From Candidatus Aminicenantes bacterium (GTDB lineage: Bacteria > Acidobacteriota > Aminicenantia > Aminicenantales > UBA4085), in assembly GCA_030691735.1 (NCBI GenBank), contig JAUYDS010000075.1:1-59176 (forward strand): 59,176 bases of DNA, in the 5' to 3' direction. The translations under genes were made by a program, and so were the position numbers. The notes beneath the pieces were generated by a model. That model was not told where the DNA came from. It ran no database searches and saw nothing but the letters and a program-made list of their open reading frames with translations. Shown here piece by piece: positions 52,660 through 59,176 of the stretch (its first letter is position 1; every line of letters begins with the position of its first letter).

Positions 52660-54087
52660 TCAGCGGACGATCTTGATCAACTGGCTGCGCCCGGGCACCG
52701 CTTCCGCATCCTTCAATTCGTTCAGGATGGCCATGGTGGTCCAGTCTTCTTTCTTGACGCCCGACTGATTCAGATAATCCTTCAAGGGGCGCTGTCCGTC
52801 GGCCCGCACGACCCGGAGATGCTGCGGCTGCCGGTTCAGGTAGCGGGGGTCCCGGAGTTCGCCGAACGAAGCGAAGACTTTCCGGAAGGTCGGATCGAAG
52901 CGGTTGAAATCGGCGGCTTTGCTCATCTGGGAGAACGTATAAATATAGCCGTTCTTCCGGATGCAGGTGAGCCGGGCCCGAAGAACGCTCTGATCCTCTT
53001 GGGGGATGTTATAGACCCCGTGATGGGCGGCCAGCCCGTTGACGAAATCGTCCTGTTCGCTGACGAATTGTCCTCCCTCGATCGCGGCGGCCTGTTTCCG
53101 GATGTAGGCGGACAGATCTTCGCCGCTCTGTTCGGCTCGAAGGAGGATGGCGGCGTTGCCGTCGGCTTCAGCCAGGGTCACCTGGGTCGGCGTGTTCTGG
53201 ACCTTCCACGCCTGCGGCACGCCGAACATGAAACGCATCCCGGGATGGTAGAACACCCCGCCTTCGATGAACCCCTGGCGGGGATCGTCTCCGTAGATGA
53301 TGTCGTCGATCCGGCCCAGATATTCGTCGCGCTTGATGGGAAAGGCGACATCGTTCTCGCCGATCATGGCTTTGACGTTCTGGATGCGCTCGCTGGTCAA
53401 GGGATGGGTGGAGAGGAACCCCGGCAGGCTGTGGCCGCCGGCCATATCCCCGTATCTTTGGAGGGAGGAGAAGAACGCCACCATCTCGCCGGAGTTGAAC
53501 CGGCCGGCGCGCGCGTATTGCACGCCCAGGGCGTCCGCCTCGCGCTCGTCGTCGCGGCTGAATTTCAGGAACAGGAGCTGGGCGCCGATGCCGGCGATGC
53601 CCGCGATCTTGGCGAACTTTTCGCTGACGACGCTGCCCACGGCCAGGCCCACCGAGACCAGGATCTGCTTGGACAACTGCTGGACGCTGTGGCGGGCGCT
53701 GACGTGGCCGAGCTCATGGCTGAGGACCACGGCCAGCTCGGATTCCGAGTTCATCAGGGCCAGGATGCCGCGGGTGACGTATATGTAGCCTCCGGGCGCG
53801 GCGAAGGCGTTGACGACCGGCGTATCGAGCACGGCGAAATGATAGACCAGATTGGGGCGATGGGTATGAGGAGCGAGCGTCATTCCGATCGCCGCGACGT
53901 ACTTGGTCAGCTCGGGATCGACATAATATCCGTACTCCTGGGCGATCTGGGCGTCCGTCTCCTTGCCCATCTCGATCTCGCCCTGTTCCGAGATCAAGGC
54001 CAGCTCGCGCTTTCCCGTCACCGGGTTGATGGCGCAGGCCGCGGCGAACAGGATGAGGATGAAACAGAGAACGGCCGTTCTTTTCAT
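52660..54087 (-). CDS. M48 family metallopeptidase lipoprotein
   Basis: Lipobox FAAAC and zinc motif HELGHV. 475 aa with an extra C-terminal domain. Confidence 0.85.
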   Translation of the reverse strand: MKRTAVLCFILILFAAACAINPVTGKRELALISEQGEIEMGKETDAQIAQEYGYYVDPELTKYVAAIGMTLAPHTHRPNLVYHFAVLDTPVVNAFAAPGGYIYVTRGILALMNSESELAVVLSHELGHVSARHSVQQLSKQILVSVGLAVGSVVSEKFAKIAGIAGIGAQLLFLKFSRDDEREADALGVQYARAGRFNSGEMVAFFSSLQRYGDMAGGHSLPGFLSTHPLTSERIQNVKAMIGENDVAFPIKRDEYLGRIDDIIYGDDPRQGFIEGGVFYHPGMRFMFGVPQAWKVQNTPTQVTLAEADGNAAILLRAEQSGEDLSAYIRKQAAAIEGGQFVSEQDDFVNGLAAHHGVYNIPQEDQSVLRARLTCIRKNGYIYTFSQMSKAADFNRFDPTFRKVFASFGELRDPRYLNRQPQHLRVVRADGQRPLKDYLNQSGVKKEDWTTMAILNELKDAEAVPGRSQLIKIVR

Positions 54088-54090
54088 AGC

Positions 54091-54843
54091 TTATTTCCCC
54101 AGACTGAAGATGCCGTCGTCCAGGTTGGTGTTCAGGGTGATCTTGGCGAAGCTCATGCGCAGAAACTCGGCGCCGTTCTGATGGATGCTCATCACATGGG
54201 CCATGGTGACATCGCCGACCTTTTTGTATTCGGAATAGAACGTTTCGGCCTCGACCTCGGCTCCGGTCTGAGGATCCGTGCCCGGTCCCTTGGTTTTAAA
54301 AATGAGATAGGTGGCGGGATCGATGTACATCGTGATCTTCTCGCCGTCCTTATACATCTGCTCGAGGACGAGGTAGTCCTTGGGTTCGATCTTTTCCTTA
54401 CCTTTGAAAGCGAAGCTGATCCCGTATTTGTCGGGATTGAGCGAGGCATCGGTGCCCAGAGCTTGCTTTTTCATGTCCTCCAATGGCTTGCCGGTCAGGG
54501 CCTGCACGGAACCCGATTGGGGATCGGTCGTCCAGGCCTTTTCGCCGTCGCAAGCTTGGGTCATGGACATGGCCATCCCCTGGACCGAGAATTCCATGTC
54601 CATGCGCATCTTGTTGGGCTCTTTTTGATGCATGGTGATCGTGCCGCTCATGGTCATGCCCATGATGTTCATTTCCAAGCTGCCGGAGATGGTTGAGTCC
54701 TTGACGGCGGACAAAGCCTTGCGGCCGCCCTGGGCCTCGATCATCTTGTCTAGAACGTCCTTGGCGGTCTGGCCCGGGGCGAGAGTGGCGATCGTTCCGA
54801 TCAGGAATAGCCCGATAAGGCCGGTCGTCAGAGTTCGTTTCAA
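54091..54843 (-). CDS. Met-rich periplasmic LolA-like / lipoprotein-sorting-fold protein (hypothetical)
   Basis: Signal peptide. The beta-rich 250-aa protein resembles the outer-membrane lipoprotein-sorting family. 19 Met in total, 11 of them within residues 58-94. It starts 3 nt after the M48 gene's start region, on the same strand. Confidence 0.45.
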   Translation of the reverse strand: MKRTLTTGLIGLFLIGTIATLAPGQTAKDVLDKMIEAQGGRKALSAVKDSTISGSLEMNIMGMTMSGTITMHQKEPNKMRMDMEFSVQGMAMSMTQACDGEKAWTTDPQSGSVQALTGKPLEDMKKQALGTDASLNPDKYGISFAFKGKEKIEPKDYLVLEQMYKDGEKITMYIDPATYLIFKTKGPGTDPQTGAEVEAETFYSEYKKVGDVTMAHVMSIHQNGAEFLRMSFAKITLNTNLDDGIFSLGK

Positions 54844-54979
54844 GGTTTCCTCCTTTATGCGGATCTTGCGATCCGGCCGAGATTCTCCTTCATTTTATAG
54901 AAAAAGCGGCTTTTTTCCAATACAATAGCGACTCTTTTCGAAAGGACGGCGTCTTGAAAACGGTCTCTTCGACGCGATC

Positions 54980-57900
54980 CTATTTCTTGACCGCGCCGGG
55001 CCGCCCCCTGAGGAATTGGATGCGCACCCGCTCGCCGCTCTCCTCCTCCACGCGGACGGTCTCGAACTTGGCCTGGGCCAGATACTTGAGGTGGGCCCGG
55101 AGATAGGTCAGGCCCTGCGTCGATAGAAAATCGAGCCAGGCCCCCCGGGCGGTCTCGTCCATGAGTTCAGGTGTCTCCTCGACGAAGGTCATCTGGGTCC
55201 TCGGTGAAAGCCGGCTGGCCGAGGACGAGCGCCGTTTGGAATACAAGTTCAGGCCGTCAACCAGCTCGAGATAGTCGAGATGCGGCTGCCAGCGGGTCGC
55301 CCAGCGGGCGTAGCGGTCGTAAAACTTCTTGTTCGAATCCTTGATCTTGGGGTCGGCCTGCATCTCGCCGATGATGAAGGATCTCAGCTCCTCGCCGGCC
55401 TCCTTGTAAACCCGGTAGAGAGGCAGATCAAGATAACGGTAATAGGCATACCAGCCCCGAGGGATCCAATAATCGCGGAAGAGGTACGGTGAGTAATTGG
55501 AGAACGGCTGGACCCATTCGTGCGAGGGATACCCGTGGAGGTTGAGATAGATGTCGGGGAACCATTTGGCGTTGAGGTTCCGTCGCACCAGCGCTTCGGG
55601 AAGCAGAGGCCGCGCCGATCCGCCCATCGAGCCGACGTCGATCCCGAGCGAGCCGTAGCGCCCGGCGTGGAGGCTGTGGAACGGTGTCAGTTTCTGGAGC
55701 TCGTAAGCCAGGGCGGCGCCGTCGGGGTTCTCCATGGGCTCGAAGACGAAGTTGATCTTATTGACGAAATCCTGGTAGGTCTTGTCCGACGCCAGGAGTT
55801 CGGCCAGCTTGAGGATGGTGTTCGTCGAGGAGACCTCGTTGGCGTGCTGCCGGCCGCTGAGGAAGAGGGTCGGTTTCTGAGCGATGAGCCGGGGGACGCT
55901 GATATATTTGCCGAGAGGCTTGAAGATTTCGATCACGGGGACGTTTCTTTTTTCGTAGGACCGCCCGCCCGTGAAGGTTCGGATCTGGGAAAACCGCCCC
56001 AGCCGGTTGATGACGTCCTGGACCATTTCGGGAGACAGGATCTGGCCTGTGTCGACGATCGCCTCTCCGGGTTTGAGGGGCTGGAGGACGATCTTGGCCG
56101 GCGGCTCGGGCGGCAGGACAGCGAGAATCTCCTCCTTGGCCATGTCTTTCGAGCTCAGCTTGAGCCGGATCGAGTTCAGCCCGGGATAGCTCAATCCCGT
56201 GGGGAGAAGGCCCTTGTCCACGAGCTCTCTGGACGAAGCGAGGATGTCGAGGAGGGCCAGGTAATCGGCTTCTTTTTCGAAGTCGAGCTCGGCGACCAGG
56301 CTTTCGACCCGCTCCTCGAGGCCGTCGTAGATCAGCGCGGGAAGAGTGATCGGCTTGCTTTTGAGCGACGGGAAAGCGATCCTGCGGCTGGCCTCCTCTT
56401 TCCCCTTTTCCTTCCATTTGATGATCATGTGCGGCGCTGTCGCCAGCCAGTCCTCGAAGGTCACTTTCAGTCGGGGAGCCTCTCCCTCGGTGGACGGATG
56501 GATCATGGGGAAGACGTTGCCCGGGGCCGAGTATCGCGAGGTATCCTCGGGCAGCTCCTGTTCGTCCACGTCGAGCTCGGTGATCCCGCGGAGAAAATCG
56601 AGTGTGTCGAAATAGATCTCGTCGTGCATGGCTTCGAGCGAGCTGACGATCTCTTCGTCCAGCCCGAGCCTGTAATCGGGCTCGCTCGACCACAGCTCGA
56701 TCTTCAATTGCTTGAAGTAGGGCTGCTTGGTGAAGGTCGGAGCGTTCTCCGTCTTCTTCTGGATATGGGCATAGACGGGCGCCAGGACCTGGTCCTGGTA
56801 ATAATCCCAGACCTTTTCGAGGTCTCCCTGGATCGCGCCGTCGTAAACGGCCTGATCGCCTTTTTCGATCCGAAGCCAACCCGTCGTCAGTTTAACGCTG
56901 CCCCATTCGGGGAGGGCCCTCATGTAAGGGATCTCCCGGATGTGCGGGCTGAAGGTCTGCTGGAGCAGGACGGCGTTCTTGGCGTCCGTGGCGATGACCT
57001 CATAGACCGGATCTCGGGGCGGGGTCATCTCGAACCGGATCTTGTCGAGCGTTAGACCGAGGTCCCGGGCCAGGAATTCATCCGCGGGATAAAGCTCCTG
57101 GAGCCATCGAACCGGTTCCGAATAGAATCGCTTCGGGCGGCTGAAATCCTCTTTCTCTTCGGCGAATCGGATGACCATCTGGTTCACATTCTTGCCTTTG
57201 AGGGCGGGAAGAACCTTTTCCAGCAGCCAATAGAATCCTTGTTTGTAAGATGAGGACACCTCGACGTCGACCCGGATCTTGAGATTCTCGGCGAGAAGCG
57301 CTTCCACCTTCTTTTTGATTTTCAAGCGCATCTCGGGCGATTCGCTCAATCCCAGGCTGATCTTGAACGGCCCGGTCGAAGCGTCCAGGGCTTTCATCTT
57401 CTCCTCAACGAGGGTGACGGCGTCGGCCCCTTCCCAGGAGAAGGCCTGATCTTTCTCGAAGATCTTCTTGCTGTCGCTGACAACGAAGCTCTTGACCCCG
57501 ACGGAATCGGCCTTGATCAAGGCCGCCAGACTTTTTTTGACCTCGTCCTCGAATCTCGGATTGGCTTGGGGAAGATAGAGCTCGGCTCCGAACGATTCGA
57601 GAGCCTGGTCCTTGAATTCCTCTCCGATCTTCTTCAGGCTGTGGGCGAAGAAGGCCTCGGCCGCGCCTTTTTCGCCTTTCAAGAAGCGTTCCAAGTCGGG
57701 CGCGACATCGCCGACCTGGGGCCGGCCATCCCCGTATTCGTCGAAATAAGGAAACTTCTGATTGAAATAGGCCAGGACTTTGTCGAGGCCGTTGGCGTCG
57801 GCCCCGAGGAAGGCCAGGGCGTGCGATTTGTTGAAGGCCCTGGGCACCACCTGGAGCAATCCCCAACCGGGTTCGAGCGGAGGCGTCTTCAACTTGCCGA

Positions 57901-59107
57901 TCCGCTGGAGCTCCTGAACGAGAGCGTTCGGACCGACGAGGATGGGTGCGACCAGGGTTTTCCGATTTTCCACTTCCTTGTCCAAATAGACGACCGGGAA
58001 CGAGGCCCCGGCCGTGTTCAGGACGAGCTTGGAGGGGAGCTGGGTGACGCCCTTGATCCCCCCGCTCTGGGGAACGATGACCTTGGAGTCCAAGGCGTCC
58101 GGAATCCCGTCGCGGTCCATGTCGCCGTAAAATCCCTTGGTCGAAAAGAGGCCGGGCAGGTCGAATTCCTTGCCCGCTCCGTCTCCCCGGGCCGTATCCT
58201 TGAACGAGGGCGTCAGCATCCGGCGGGGGGTCCCCACGCGCGGAAGCACGGTCTGGAGGTTCTTCTTGCCGTAGCGGAGCCAGACCGACAGTTGGGCGCA
58301 GCCCGGATAGGACAAGACCTCCGTTTTTTCCCCCCGACGGTGCTGATCGCGGAGCGCGTCGAACGCCTTAGAGGCCCGCGCCAGATCGTCCTCGTCGGTG
58401 ACATAGATGTCCACGGCCAGGTCCTTGATCTCGCCGGCGTTGAACGACAGCTTCTTTAACGATCCCGGCCCTTTCTTCAAGGGCGGGAACTCGTAAGTGA
58501 CGGATCTAACGATCGTCCGCTGGAGGTTTACGCCGTCGCTCGCCAAATAATGGGTGATGTCCTTTTCGAGGGTGGCGTAGGTCGAGCCTTCTTCCCGGCC
58601 CCAGATGTCCCAGAAATAGGGCCAGCGAAGGAAGAACGCCCGGCCCGTTTGGAGCAGCGCTTCCTCGGAGCCGGCGACGAGGACGATCCCCGTCTGGATC
58701 TTGGTCGCGAACACGGCCACGTAGCCCTGGTTGGGGCCGAGCTCCGGAACGGTGATACTCTTGTCCTTGATGGCCGCGCGAAGCCATTTGATGTTCGTCC
58801 CGATCAGGATCGGGTTTTCGGCGCGCTCGATGTCCGGGACCTCGGACTCGCGCTTGACGAGGGAAAAATCCTGGACCAGGCTCTCGATGTTGGCCCGGGC
58901 GGCGATGTCGGCGGCCACGGCCAGCTCGACCGCGCTCGGATTGTCGGGGATGACGAGACAAAGGGCGATCTTATCGGTCAGATTATCCCCGTCGGTGTCC
59001 TTGATCCCTTTGCCGAGGAGGAAGAGGTGGGCCAAGCTCCCTATTTCGGCCCAGGCCGCGCCGAAAGCGATCGATATGATCATGGCCAGCAGAATCGTTC
59101 TCTTCAT
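54980..59107 (-). CDS. Giant secreted protein with C-terminal M14-like zinc carboxypeptidase domain
   Basis: Signal peptide MKRTILLAMIISIAFGAAWA and ~1000 aa with no recognised family. The M14-type ligand pattern is HANE (His1088, codon 55844-55846) plus a downstream NLHGYPSHEW. Confidence 0.6.
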   Translation of the reverse strand: MKRTILLAMIISIAFGAAWAEIGSLAHLFLLGKGIKDTDGDNLTDKIALCLVIPDNPSAVELAVAADIAARANIESLVQDFSLVKRESEVPDIERAENPILIGTNIKWLRAAIKDKSITVPELGPNQGYVAVFATKIQTGIVLVAGSEEALLQTGRAFFLRWPYFWDIWGREEGSTYATLEKDITHYLASDGVNLQRTIVRSVTYEFPPLKKGPGSLKKLSFNAGEIKDLAVDIYVTDEDDLARASKAFDALRDQHRRGEKTEVLSYPGCAQLSVWLRYGKKNLQTVLPRVGTPRRMLTPSFKDTARGDGAGKEFDLPGLFSTKGFYGDMDRDGIPDALDSKVIVPQSGGIKGVTQLPSKLVLNTAGASFPVVYLDKEVENRKTLVAPILVGPNALVQELQRIGKLKTPPLEPGWGLLQVVPRAFNKSHALAFLGADANGLDKVLAYFNQKFPYFDEYGDGRPQVGDVAPDLERFLKGEKGAAEAFFAHSLKKIGEEFKDQALESFGAELYLPQANPRFEDEVKKSLAALIKADSVGVKSFVVSDSKKIFEKDQAFSWEGADAVTLVEEKMKALDASTGPFKISLGLSESPEMRLKIKKKVEALLAENLKIRVDVEVSSSYKQGFYWLLEKVLPALKGKNVNQMVIRFAEEKEDFSRPKRFYSEPVRWLQELYPADEFLARDLGLTLDKIRFEMTPPRDPVYEVIATDAKNAVLLQQTFSPHIREIPYMRALPEWGSVKLTTGWLRIEKGDQAVYDGAIQGDLEKVWDYYQDQVLAPVYAHIQKKTENAPTFTKQPYFKQLKIELWSSEPDYRLGLDEEIVSSLEAMHDEIYFDTLDFLRGITELDVDEQELPEDTSRYSAPGNVFPMIHPSTEGEAPRLKVTFEDWLATAPHMIIKWKEKGKEEASRRIAFPSLKSKPITLPALIYDGLEERVESLVAELDFEKEADYLALLDILASSRELVDKGLLPTGLSYPGLNSIRLKLSSKDMAKEEILAVLPPEPPAKIVLQPLKPGEAIVDTGQILSPEMVQDVINRLGRFSQIRTFTGGRSYEKRNVPVIEIFKPLGKYISVPRLIAQKPTLFLSGRQHANEVSSTNTILKLAELLASDKTYQDFVNKINFVFEPMENPDGAALAYELQKLTPFHSLHAGRYGSLGIDVGSMGGSARPLLPEALVRRNLNAKWFPDIYLNLHGYPSHEWVQPFSNYSPYLFRDYWIPRGWYAYYRYLDLPLYRVYKEAGEELRSFIIGEMQADPKIKDSNKKFYDRYARWATRWQPHLDYLELVDGLNLYSKRRSSSASRLSPRTQMTFVEETPELMDETARGAWLDFLSTQGLTYLRAHLKYLAQAKFETVRVEEESGERVRIQFLRGRPGAVKK

Positions 59108-59176
59108 ACCGTGTTCTCCGTATCGTCAGACGATACAAGGGATTATAGAGGGCGGGGGAGGGGAAATCAATGGCCG

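Overview
GC-rich 59-kb chromosomal segment (GC not computed) from a diderm bacterium. I call about 47 protein-coding genes, on both strands. I recognised no rRNA, tRNA, CRISPR array, transposase, integrase or prophage gene. Content is mainly housekeeping: rmuC, an ABC-2 exporter, dus, rpoZ, a CYTH protein, a polyprenyl synthase, tatD, fabH, efp, ribH-nusB-lysS, and an outer-membrane biogenesis cluster (lolE-like, lolD, bamA, skp, fabZ, lpxA, lpxI). Lineage hints point to Acidobacteriota or a related uncultured lineage: an Acidobacteria-type VWFA-related protein, ATPase-less MacB-type permeases, and several families of palindromic REP-like intergenic repeats. I found no convincing classical defence or mobile system. 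The candidates most worth follow-up are: (1) a six-gene translationally coupled operon at 20358-28032, which joins a HydBC/Bfu-type NuoE/F/G-like module with a catalytically empty large subunit to an NfnAB-like pair, with a short RNase HIII appended; (2) a 660-bp non-coding block at 6415-7079, bounded by a 15-bp inverted repeat and built from two large nested palindromes (MITE/BIME-like element or structured RNA); (3) an Arg34 'PGRW'-loop EF-P apparently co-transcribed with a galactokinase-family GHMP kinase; (4) a family of GGGTACA..TACCGAATT hairpins at gene boundaries; (5) secreted protease units of unknown role (S55 peptidase plus beta-propeller; M48, Met-rich LolA-like and a 1375-aa M14-like protein). 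Many long ORFs in the six-frame track are antisense or out-of-frame artefacts of GC-rich DNA and were not called. All family assignments come from motif recognition by eye, not from database searches.
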